A stretch of 64,000 nt of DNA from Chrysemys picta bellii. Taxonomy: Eukaryota. Location of the stretch: NCBI RefSeq assembly GCF_011386835.1, contig NC_088808.1, positions 22,568,001-22,632,000 of the forward strand, read 5' to 3'. This document shows, in pieces, positions 1 through 13,300 of the stretch. The notes beneath the pieces are model-generated. The model had not been told where the DNA came from, did not search any database, and saw only the letters and a program-made list of their open reading frames with translations. A program made the position numbers and the translations under genes. Within the stretch, counting starts at the first letter, position 1; every line of letters starts with the position of its first letter.

Positions 1-287
1 AAGTATACTTCCAATTAACTGTATAATGTGTATCTACCCCTGCCCAGCAATCCACAAGGGTGTAATAAAACAGAACTTATTTCTGTGGAGTCCCTCCATG
101 ATCAAGCCATCTCCTGACTGAGAAGCAATACAGCAAATGCATCTGCTCACTCTCAGACACTGAACCACGTGTAGCAGCAGTAACTAACCCAAAAGAGCAG
201 GTTATAAGTATTTTAAAATGTCACACTTCCAAATATATACCCCAAAACCTCAGTGATCTGATACATCCCAATCATCTTTTTCTTTAC

Positions 288-422
288 CTCACCATTCCTC
301 AAATCAATTTCCTTGCTTAAAAGATTTAAGGTAAGGCGACTGCCTTCATCTAGGGAATTCCACTTCTGTTGCATGGCTAGTGCATTAGCCTCTCTCTGAA
401 GTAACAATGAATTACTTTTGGC
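288..422 (-). CDS. RC3H2: RC3H2 exon 18 (AKSNSLLLQ...LRNGE)
   Basis: ccacag|GCC acceptor, GAG|gtaaag donor, 135 nt. Confidence 0.95.
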
Positions 423-1767
423 CTGTGGGGAGGGGGGAAAAAACATAAAAGTTACTCAACTACATTTAAACTTTGTATTGTTAGACTGCAAAACAAACCT
501 CCCCACACAAAGAACAGCTCTCTCTAAACAGGCAATTATGTATTCTCCCAGAATACACTGCATACAAATATACATCGGGGAAAAACGTCTTCCCCGATCC
601 CAGGGCTGGATCCTGCAAATACCAATACTTAACAGACATGGCACTTTCTACCATGAGCAACCCTATTACAGACGCTCCCCTGGTTGCGCAAACCCGACTT
701 AAGGAAATCTGGGCTTACGGAAAAAGTTCCGTAAGCACTTTTTTTCTTGGCGCGTAATTGGAGGAGATACATTCTTGACTTACGTAAAACTTGACTTATG
801 CAAGGCGTTCTGGAACGGAACGCTTGCGTAAGACGGGGGAGCTTCTGTAAAATAAATGGGACTGCTCAGGTTAATAAGCACCATACCTGGGGTTAAGTGT
901 TAATAGGACTAGGCTCTAGCTTTCTCATTCCTATCAGAAACTTTGGTAATTGTACAATTAAATTCTGCAAAGCATTTTGAGATAGTTTATATGAAAAACA
1001 CTATATTATATAAAGTTGTAATCACGGTACATCATCTTACTTGTTGTAGTTCAATGCTCAGTAGATCTCCAGTACTAGAATGCTTTCTGTGAGCAGATAA
1101 ATCAGTAACTATGAATCTTTCCCTTTAAAGAGAAAAGCAGCTGTTACTGTCATACACAGTGATAAAAGAATGAATCATTTTCTCGATGACCCCTCAAGCT
1201 TTGCAATTTAGCTCTAAACAGCTTAGGCATCTGGATAAAAGTTGTGTGCATGAAATAATACTTAGCACTTTACAAACATTACCTAATTAGTCCTCACAAC
1301 ATCCCTGTGAGGTGGGCAAGTACCTTCATTTTACATACAGGGAAACCAGGGTGGATAAAAATAAATGATTTAAAAACAAAAATCAGATTTTTTAAATTTA
1401 AATTGGATTTTTTTGATAAAATGTTTTTTGAGGAAAAGATAGTTTTAATTAAGATACATTATAGCTCAAAGATACCTCATTATGGAATAGGGATTACAAA
1501 TTCTAATTCTATAGTATGAGACAATATATTCATGTAATGTTTAAGAAAAGGTTTTGTAAATGAGTTCCAATAGTTCATGGATTAGGGACCCAATCTTATG
1601 GGGTTCCAGGGGCTTCTGTATAGATTATTTAGGTTAATCTTTCTATCTATGCAATGAGACTCAGTGCTCAGTCTAGAAGATACCATCAGAGATGCTTAGT
1701 TTTGCAATTCTCAAACTGTGGATTTGTCTCTCCAGAGATAACATGCTTGTTAACAGCAAAAATGGTT

Positions 1768-1799
<32 letters not shown>

Positions 1800-4287
1800 G
1801 AGGTCAGAAATAATAGACCTCAACCCTATTGTCCCTCTGCAAATTTGTGTGGTGTGGAAAAAATATTTTCTTCTTTTGGACTTAATTCATCCAAATTGAG
1901 AAACTGTTTGAGACCTGAAAAAGCAGGAAAGCTTGTTTTTCTTTTCCAGATTATGAACAAACAGGAAAACGAAGGTGAAGACAACTGAGTTAGCTGCAGA
2001 AGCCAATATTTTAAGTTTCTCATGTTGACTTGGCTGACAGTCTATTTAATTTGGTTTTTTTTTTTTTTTTTAAATATTTCATTTAACTATTTTAGTTAAA
2101 AACAATTTTAATAAAAACAAACCTGATTTAAAAAAACTTGAATGTTTAAATTCAAAAATTCATATGCTTGTTTTATTAAAATATTATATGTTTGCCATTG
2201 AGGAAAAAAATCCAGAATAGATAACGTTGTTGTTTTAGTTAAATAAAACAATTTAAATGTTTGTCTGGTGATGTTCTCCTCCTAATACAGCATGGCAAGA
2301 AAATACTCCAAATATTAATGATTAATGTGTTGAATTGGAGATAGTTCACCTCCCAATGACTTCATAAATATCTGCTTCAATTACCTGAAATAACCAAACA
2401 ATTATTCATTTTCTGATATAGCTGTAAAACTAATCTGAAAAGTTTTCAAAATAAATCACCTTCTAAAAATGAAACCTACATCTATCTCTGAGTTGTGAAG
2501 GATATGTATTAAGGTTATAACAACCAACAAGAATGCACTTTTATGTAGAAATCCATGATTAAATCGAGTCTTCTTGACTAATGATTTAAATTATGATTTA
2601 AATGAATTTGATTTAAATCAAATCCACCCTGAGGGAAACTGAGGCAGAGAAGTGAAGTGACTTGCTGAAGGCCGCACATGGCAATCAATATCTGGGTTGG
2701 GATTACAGCTCAACAATCGCTGGTTCCCAGTTCTGTGACCGGTCCACTTCAGCACACTGATGCTAACAATAGCTACATCAGATTTATCCTAGTTTAATTA
2801 TTAGAATTTGTAATTCCAATGCGTGATGATGCATAAAGTCAAAGCACTTGCCACGTTTAAAATTACTAGGTAATTCATACTCTAGATATTTTTTCCTTCT
2901 GCCTGGGATTTTTAGAATAGCTGTAAATTATAGCACAACAGTTTGAACAAAAGCCACTAGGGGAAGTTCATACCGTTCTATATAGCGTGCTGATGCAGTA
3001 GAATCTGAGCCACAGGAACTCCATCTTGAATCAACAGCATTGACGTAAGGGACATAATCTAGAACAAATTAAAGTACAATTAAATGTCTTCCCAATTTCA
3101 ATAAGAGAATATGCATATACACAGAGTTATTAACTGTCCACAGCAGTGATCTAAACGGCTGTGTGGCATATGCGGTGCTGGCAATAGGAAGCATTTACTG
3201 TACCTGACACACTGATGGGCTTAGTAGCACTTCCTTGGGAAGCAGTGGCCTGAATAGGATCTGTTGTGTGATAACCTGTGCGGGATGATCTGGAGATTGC
3301 ACCCCACTTGGAGATGATCGGTCCATCACTAAAGGGAATTATAGGATCTTCTTCCTTTGCCCTTCTTTGAGTTTCAAATAGATGAACTCTCCTCTTAACA
3401 TCTCCACTGTCCAAATCCTATACATTTAGGAGAGACAAGAAGGTACAAGAGGCTGATTTGCAGTTCAACACATTTGGTTGGGTCATTCAAAAGGCCAGGG
3501 GTCATTAAATAACCATTATTACACAAGGTGATTAGCTCCAACCTGACCAGCCAGCAAGCTGGGAGGGGACAGAATGACTCTTACCTATCGGGATTTAGTG
3601 GCCAGCTGGCACCAGACGGTGATTAACAGTGGAACAGGACACACTTCTCTTTTTTTTAAAGCTTTACTGTTTCCTCTCAGAAAAAAAGCCCAGCTGCTGT
3701 AAAACACCATTTCCACAGTATGACCCTAAACATCCTTGCTAATACTGAGGAAGGTGGGGTAGAGCTAGCAGAGAATTGAGACAGGATTGCCCTTATGGTG
3801 CAGGATGCATGAGCGGCAGCTACTTGGGCCTGGGTCCACACTAACCCCCCACTTCGAACTAAGATACACAACTTCAGCTACATGAATAACGTAGCTGAAG
3901 TCGAAGTACCTTAGTTCGAACTTACCGCGGGTCCAGACGTGGCAGGCAGGCTCCCCCGTCGACTCCGTGTACTCCTCTCGCGGAGAAAGAGTACCGGCGT
4001 CGACGGCGAGCACTTCCGGGATCGATCCCAGAAGATTGATTGCTTACCGCCGGACCCGGAGGTAAGTATAGACCTACCCTTGATCATACCAGAGTAGGAC
4101 AGAAATCCCCAACATGCATACGAGACCTTACTTATCCAAAATGAGGTCATCTCCCTGGATGTGTATTAAATAGGTTTTATTCTCCAGTTTATTCAAACCT
4201 CAATTAATTTTGTGTACCCAATTTCAATCCAATAAAACAAGGTTATGCTGTATTTTCGTTCAATTATATTTCCATATATTTCAAGGT

Positions 4288-4324
<37 letters not shown>

Positions 4325-7300
4325 CACACACACACACACAGTAGGAGGATACGTCCATTCCAAAAGCCTTTTAGCAGAGTGAGATCTCTGTTTAAGGGAA
4401 ATTACACAAATGAAGTAACAATAGTCCTGATATTATTACACTATTGTAGACATCTCTTAAATGGGAAGCGCTATCCACTAGAGGAGGAAGAAACAGCTGA
4501 AGGTGCACAGTTTTGCAAGCAACCTGACCACAAGTGAAAATCCTTATTATAGAGCCTCATAGTTGTCCATCCATTCATCCAAGTCAGTGTAACAAAAAAG
4601 TCTGAGGAGTAGGAGTCTTGAATTATAAATTATTTACTGAAGATGTTATGGCCAACAGTACATTTTATTAACCCTGATTTGGTATTAAAGTAGTTTGTCT
4701 TAAGTCTAAGAATGTTATAACCACCACTGTATTTTTTCCCCCACTGATAAGAGGATAGTTTGTTTACATAGCTGGGCAAAAGTTTGTTCCAAACAGTTTA
4801 AAATGAGCTGAACCAGTTTAACCTCAAGACTTAGTATTTTAGTTTATTATAATCAATAGAAGTTTATTTACAAAAGGCCTGGCAATCAAATTAAGTTTGG
4901 CAATCAAATGGAAACACTTGCAACACTTTCCACCCCATGAGTGAGCAGGCAGAGCGCAGAACAGCCATACCATTAACACAGCATTTGAATTGGCAATTAC
5001 ATCCTTGGGCTCTGAGTCGATGGCATTTATGCAGGAACCGATAGTACCACAGGACCAGGGTGAGTAGTGTGAAAGATGGTCTTCCTCAAATTTAGTACCA
5101 CTCAAGTCACTAACACTCTCCGAGAACTATTGAAAAGGAAGGGGGAAAAAAGGTACAAAAACAAAGGAAATTTAGTATTAAGGTGTTCATACTGAAAAAC
5201 TGCTTACTGTTGACTATTAAATCAATCTGCTTCAAGATATGAAGCAGGTAGTCTAAGTCCGTGTCCATGCTGGGGATCTGCCTCAATTTCAGCCATCAGT
5301 GGCCAACCACTGGTAAATCTGCACCGACCCTTAGCACAAACCACTGCAAGCCACATTTTGCGCCTGTGAAGCTTACTGCTTCCAAGCAGGAGTAAGCTTC
5401 GCCTGTACAAATAGCTGCTTTGCCTGCTGACACTTTGACAGCTAAATGTTTTACAAGGGTCTTGTCACTTCTCATTTCAATTTATGCATTCTTTGGGACT
5501 ACAGGCACATATGCACCTGCTCATCGTGTGGCAGCGCCATTATGAACAAGAAAATAAAATGGGAGGGTTCTTCCTAATGGAAAATTATATCCACGGTGCT
5601 TTACCAAGAGATCTGAAGGTTCGTAACAGGGTCTAATCACAGTTAATTACAATTGATATTCATGATATGCTGTTGGTATGATTTATAACTGCACAGGAGA
5701 TGTGTGTAAAGCTCTACAATAGTTTCCATACTATGGATAAGAGTCTTAACAATAAAGTAACACTGTGCTATAAAGTTAAGCTGCCTTAAAGTTAAACCAA
5801 TTCTTCACTTAATTTTGGCATTTTGTCAGTGATCAAGTGTGGCATCAGCTTAATATCCAATATTTTCTTTATTGAGGAGATTATATCCTGTACTTGCAGG
5901 GGGATGAACTTGATCTAATAGAATCACAAAAGAGTGAGACAGAAAAGCTCTTTTGGTAAGTGCAGAAAAAGAAAGCAAAAGTACCATGAAATTCTTTGGT
6001 TTCTCACCTCTGTGCTGAAGTCAACACTGAAGAGAGGAGAAGGTGGTGTTGGAGACTGTGTTGCCATAGGAAGGGTTGAGGACACAAGCGGCGTTTTTTG
6101 AGAGTGGTATTGTGCCCACTGCTCTGGCTTCCGTCTTAACTGATCATCATAACTGGTCTTCAAGTGACCACAAGGCTCCTAGAGTAAACAATGGGAGGAG
6201 AGCATCAATGTCTGAATACTCACAGCAGGATCATGCAGATAATTTATAGGTTTCGCATAGCTGCCAAGACATGGAGGAATAAGGAAGGAACAGTCACAGC
6301 TACCTTACCAAATACCAGTCGCAAGGTATATATTTGTATGCAGAAGAGAAAACAATGAAGACAAGATGAGGAACGTGTACAGCACGGTGTCAAATTGATT
6401 CCATGTTTAATTATGGTTCGTAGGCCATGGTATAAATTTAGGAGCCATCCGCCCCCACACTCTTTCCCCCCTCCCCCAATGATCTCCCACTGATATCACT
6501 GGGAGATTCAGAGTGCGATCCAGGGGACAATCTGGCCATTACACAGTAACTCAACTTTTAGATATTTTTTATTCAGTACATTATCGTCACATTCAGCATC
6601 ACTCAGTGTGAAAATCTGCTCCCCTGTATCGTCACCACTAATTCTCCCCTTTCCATCCTCCTTTCTCTTCATCTCCTTTGTTCTTTCCTCTGGATTTCCT
6701 TCTCTGCAGCAACTCCTAATTCCCACCTCCCCTTGGGCTTAACTCCCTAGTCCATATGCTAAAATGCTCTGCAGTGAAACAGTTAAGGTTGCAACTGAAG
6801 TGTCATCACTGGAGCTGACATTCCAATGAGATTAATAGGGGCAGGAGAGTTCAACCCCCCAAGTTATTGTCAGAAGCCATCTGCACATGCAAGCAAACGT
6901 TACTGTATTGATTACATTCAGTTTACATTTGAAAGGTTCTCTCTGCGACTAGGAGGGCTAGAAATGTACTAAAAAAAAAAAAAGACAGTTGAGATTCTGA
7001 ACAACCTGACTATATCCTCTGGGCTATATAAATACATTTAGCAGGCTGGATCTGGCCCGCAGGCCATGCATTTGACATCCCTGGGTCAGGATCCTTTGGA
7101 CTGGAGTCCCATTTTTAGCTGTCAATACAGGATCTAGGCCGAGGGAGATGCATCTTGGATCCAAAGTGTCTTCCTCAATGCATAGAGTCATGTCATAATG
7201 TGAATCAAGGAAATTGGAGTAGACAACATCCAGGATGTGTGTAATTAATTTAGCTGATGTGTGTTTGTAAGCAGAGGAGCAAAGGGGTCTAAGATAGCCC

Positions 7301-10300
7301 TACCCGAAAGGACAAAGATCTGACTATTATGGTTTAAAAAACAACTGGTTTTGGGGTTGCTGCTTGACAAGTGTAAATCCAAGGCAAGAAAAGAGCTCTG
7401 GGCTAATTAGGTAGTACCCTGTTTCCCCGAAAATAAGACAGTGTCTTATATTAATTTTTGCTCCCAAAGATGCGCTAGGTCTTATTTTCAGGGGATGTCT
7501 TATTTTTCAGAAATGAAAAATGCCTTATTATCGGTGGATGCCTTATTATCGGGGAGGTCTTATTATCGGGGGGATGCCTTATATTACAACGAGAGGCAAA
7601 ACTGTAAGTAGGCCTTATTTTCGGAGGATGTCTTATTTTCGGGGAAACAGGGTATGATTTCTGTCATTACTTTTAAAGTAAATCATCTCTTTTCTTTTCC
7701 ATTCTCACTTACCCTTGGTAAAGGCACAGTCCTCTGCTCATTTGGAGGTTGGCAAGCCATGGAGTAATACCCATCCAATGAATTATATCTTTCGCGTAAT
7801 GATGTCTGATAGACAGATGAGTGCATCACATCCATTGGAGGTAAAGAATTGCTCCTAATAATGTCATCTCTTGGGTAGATCTGTGGACGCCAGATGCGCC
7901 TGCTGTCATACACTGGAGCATACATTCCAGAAGGGACGGGAGGAACTGGTCCATACGGCTGCGGAGGAGGAGGTTGGTAAGGAGAATTCAGTCGATCTCG
8001 AGGGGGAAATGTACTGTAATGATCGGCATATGGCACGGAAGCAGGTGGGAGGGAGGATTCTGGAACATTACTGGACCTCACAAAGCGAGGAACACAGGGA
8101 GCCACACCAGCTGGTACTGTTGGAGGTGGTGGGTAGTATCCTTGAAAATTGGAAAAAAAGCATGTTTAACTTAGTCTCAATATAATCCAGAATTTTAAAA
8201 CGGTTCTAAAATTTTAAGTAGCACTTGATACTGACTTCAGAGTAAAGTGTCTTGATTCTATAGGCCCCCTATTAATTCCATCACTTCTCTGTGGATGTAC
8301 ACTGCATGTCTGAGAACAGGCTCTGCAGGGACAGTACTAACAGTGTACAGTGTGTTCACAGGACCTGACATGGGTGGGAGGGGTAGCAGAGGAGTGGTGT
8401 TTTCCACCATATGGTAGCACTTTTAAAAATTTTACAAGAACAGGTGGCAATTTAGCACTTTCTCTCCATACTGTGTCTGTCTGTATCTGTATGTATGTGT
8501 GTGTGTATAGATAGATATATCTATATATAGATATATCTATTATCTAACCATATATATTTTTTTTAAAGAAAAAGGTCTGTCATCTCTGTTTATATATCAA
8601 CATTTTGGGTCTAAGGAATTCTGAGGGTCTTTAAGCCATCAGTTGGCATGTGGTTTACTTTTTACATTGCAGAATAGATCATTTCCCCCTCCTACACCCT
8701 ACTCCGACAGCTGGGACCTGCCTGAAGTTAGAACAAATGATACAGCAGTTTCCTTGGTTGCACTTAATAGAAACCTTTTTCTTCTACCTAACATGGTGCT
8801 TGTTAGCTTACCAAAATACCAAGCACAGTACGCAGAGGCACTTGGTACATAGAGTGTCTCCCTCCAAGGTCTCTGCCTAGATAAATACTCAAACAAACCA
8901 TTCCTCAAGGGCATAAAGACATTTGTGCAGTCTATGAGAGACACACTAGGACTGTCTGTGTATACAGATGGCTAGAAGAGATTTGGGAAAAAGCTTGAGT
9001 TATTCAGGTCTGTAAATGTTAGTGGGAAATGCATAACCTGGACTAAATTCCGCCCATGGATGCACACAGACTGAAGTTAGACCCATACATATTGGAGTGC
9101 AGAGACTGGCCCTCATTGTGGGCGAGCAGTAAATAACTGGCCACATGGAGGGGTGAAGAAGGGTGGTGTTTCCATTAAGACATTATAGAAGGAGACTGCT
9201 AAGCCAGCTCCATGAAGGATGCTAGCAAGATGGAGTCTCACATGTTTCACGCAAAGAAAGCAAACAAAACTTTTCTCCACAACACAAATCTTCACACATC
9301 TGTCCCCTCTCCAATAAGCAGGCATGGTTTAAATGTTGCTAAACTTCCTTTAAAGAATGTTGGAGACCTCTCTAGTTATATATGGAAATAATGCAAAGAG
9401 TGTAGCAATGCTCCTGCATTCTGCATCCCTCTCTTTACTCAAATCATAATATTCAGAGTTAAAAAGCTTGGGTATTGGGCTCTGCTGAAACTAGGAGACC
9501 CAGCAAATAAGCCCCACATGACTTGGTGCCACTGGGATTTGAAGAAATGTAGAAAGCACAAACATTGAAACACATTCAAGTTTATACAGGACCTGACATG
9601 GGTGGGAGGGGTAGCAGGATAGCTCAGTGGTTTGAGCATTGGCCTGCTAAACCCAGGGTTGTGAGTTCAATCCTTGAGGGGGCCACTTAGGGATCTGGGG
9701 CAAAATCAGTACTTAGTCCTGCTAGTGAAGGCAGGGGGCTGGACTGGATGACCTTTCAAGGTCCCTTCCAGTTCTAGGAGATGGGATATCTCCATTAATT
9801 TCTATTTAATTTCTATTTCTAAAAGAAAAGGATTGCCTGTGTATCAGCAACCATGTCACTCACCTGTCTGGGGGTACTGTGGAACTTCATAGGACAACTG
9901 TGTCCTGGGATCTTGAAAATACTGAACATTATCAGAATGTGGAGGGTAGACAGGTACTCTGGTTACAAATGGGCTGGATTTTGGAGGCAGAGAATTCATC
10001 TCTGTTCCAATATTAGGACCACCAGCTGAGGTAGCTGCTGCCTGGCTTACAGGAGTCTTGGGTGGAGAACAAATTTTACTGAAAAGAATTGCAAAGAAAT
10101 AAAATGGATTTGCATTTACTACTTATTATTTGTATTCGTCTTTAGTAATTTCTAACTCAAAACACAAAACACTCCAATATGACATAGCCCAAATTCTTCA
10201 TTATCTCCACTGGAATTTCTGAAGACTTCAATTATATTTTTAAATCTAACATTGATGCTATTATTAAAAAGCAGACTATCTTCAAGAGAACATCATGCAC

Positions 10301-13300
10301 TCATAAACTGATCTAAACCTTTTAGTTTGTACCTAGAGCTCAAATACCAGTACTGAAAGCATGCTCTGGAAACAACAGATGGGCATTGAAAAGCTGGTCT
10401 GAGGTCCAGTGCTGTTTGGACAATGCCCAAATAATTTTAAAAAGGTGATACCTGGAAAACCTCCAGGACTACAAAAGAATGTTTTTGATAACAGGAAATG
10501 CAATGACTATTCTGCAAAACTCTACTATAAAGAAATAAATTATGGATGCAAATTGTTTTTAAACTGAATAACCCCAATGACAGATTAGATACTGTGCAGG
10601 AAACAGGGGAAGAGAAGGGATGTGGAGAGCTGTACTAATTTAGCCATTCTCTATGAGATTATTTAAAAACTAAAGCACTGACACAACTCGGGTGGACCTT
10701 CTGAGTAACAAAATTACATCTCCACTGCTAAATCAGACCTTGCATTTCTACACAACCAAGGAGCATCTCCAATGCATCTCCCCCTTTCCCTCCTACCTGA
10801 TACATTACTTGGATATATCATCTCCTAACACCTCACTTAGAAGAGGCCATTCCCTCTTCAAGCTCAACTCTGGCCTTCAATAGGTAGAATGCACTGTTGT
10901 GCCCTTTGGAAAGTCTTCTATTAGGCTTGCACACGAGCCACAGCAGATTTTCTGAAATGCATGGCTTATATATTACCCTTTAAAGGGCAACTGGCTACTT
11001 CAGTCATGAGGAAAAGAAAAACATATGCCCTTCAACTTGTGGAGAGCATAAAACAGAACCAGAGTTCAGTATCTATGACTCACTTAGTAGCAAAGACTAA
11101 AACAGAAACTACTCATGAACATAATTCAGACTATTATCACCTCTCTTTTGCTTGCAAGGATAGGAAAAATGCAAAATGTGGACATTAGAATATTTGATCC
11201 CAATTCTTTTAGCCCACAGCAATACATACTTTTCAGATAGTGATTCTGTAGGAGACCCAGAGGCATTTTGACCACTGGCTCCAGACTTTCCCCCCTTCTT
11301 GACATTCTCCAGAACTCTTAAAGAGGTTTCAGCGCAGCGAGGAATCAATTGGGGAACACCACTTTCCAGATTTGCAATCCCATTGGAACTCGGCACCATC
11401 TTTCCTGTTGTTTCAGTGCTTCCTATGACCGAGATTACATTTCCTGCTGTGGTTGAGACAGTGCTGTTGACACCAACTTTATTTAAGAGAGGGAATGTTC
11501 TCACAGTTGCGCTGATCTTTTTGTTCCTCAAACGATACCTATATTTACAAAGACAAATCTGATAAAGGAGTTTACGTTGTGCAGTCTAATGCATTTGTAA
11601 AACTGACATGACAGAAGGGATGAGCGGGAGATCATTAACAGCACTTCACAATTTAACTTAAACCATGAGCACTAGTTTGGAGAGACAAGTAGAACATCAG
11701 ACATTTCACTCTACAGTAAAAGACCAACTCATCCTCTGAGAGGCATCAGAGTTGTTAATTTGGAGATGGGTCTGGGTGGAAATAGCTTTATGAAGTTATA
11801 CATGAGATATTTGGTAAATTGAGTTAGGAATAAAGAACTGCTGATTAAGACCTAATGGATATTATTCCTCAGTTTGCGCCATTGCAAACCTCTTAAGGTG
11901 CCAGGCCCAGAGTCAATTTTGTGCAGGAAAATTTTGCTTCTGCTATATTCTGAGAGTAAGTAAAGGGCAATTCTGGCAATTTATTTATAGATGTTATTTT
12001 TAAGAGGTCTAATTTGCACAACAGCTCTCTTGTAATTCAAGGATCCCTAGAAATGAATTCACACATAAAGGAAGCTACTTTCAAGATCTCATGAAAGCTG
12101 CCTTGATTTGATGGAAAGAACAACACCATCCCCAGACTTACTTTTCAAGCTCTTCCTGAGAGTGAGCAAATGTACAGTTAGTTCCTCGCGGACATCCCCC
12201 TTGCTGTCGCAGATCTCGGCACATACTCGTTTTATATTTGCTATTTGGTTGCGGCTTAAAAATAGGAAAAAAAAATCCCACTTAAAATCCAATACAAGTT
12301 TAAATATAAGTAGTTTTAAAAAATAGATATAAATCCAGCCATGCAAATGTTGACAATTTTCACTCTCAATCGCCCCTTTAGATAAGGAAGTTTTTCACTG
12401 ACATTACAAATTAGCTCATCGTGGCTAGCTCTGCGGCGTACGGCATTCAGAAAGTTTTGCTCACAATCATGAATTTGTCAGGGACTAATTACAAGATGCC
12501 ATGGCTTTCAGGGTCATTATGCCCTCATAATCCTGACTAACACCTCAACCCCAACCTCCTAAGAATCACACATCCAAATTTTGAGTGTGTGCACTTTTTT
12601 GCTTTTTTTTTCCCTGTGAAAGTGTCTCTTCAAGAAAAAAAAACCTTCTTATTTTAGGGCTCATAATCAATAGGAATATATCAGCGGTTCTTAAACTTTT
12701 TGTATTGGCAACCCCCCCTTATAAATTAAAAATGTTTTTAAAATAATTTTAAAATGTAATTTTAATGCAAGAGCCCTGGTTATATTGTAACACCTCTGCC
12801 CCCCCATCCCCCGCCCAATGGGTTGCAACCCCCAGTTTGGGAACTCCTGGAACAAGGAAAGCTCTAAAGGAACATATTTGTGTTCAGTTGTTTTAAAGCA
12901 AAACTATGACAGACTTGTATTGTCTATCCCACAATACCAGGGTAAAATTCCTGGAGGCTGATCACATAGTAGGTTTCTGTTACTCTCCAATCCAGAGGGC
13001 AGCAAGAGAACTACTCCATTAACATCCTTCCAATCAGTTCTCAGATGAAAAGGAATGCCTCCCATGAATTAAGAACTGCCTTTATCACCCCAAAACTGAA
13101 GGAGATAGGGATAAGAACTAAATCCTATCCCTCATATACATATTTTTAGGTGGAGATTTTGGGATCCAAATCCCTTAGCTGGCTTTGAAAATCCTATCCT
13201 TACATCATATATAAGGCACATATCAACACTTAATTCCAGGGATAAAACAAATCGTGCCTGATATTCTGCTTAGTTGTACTGAGTGTGTCTCCAACACCTA

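Noticed and set aside
9604-9680. tRNA-like sequence
   Set aside because: Head of a SINE; continues into a CR1-type tail and lacks a proper acceptor stem.
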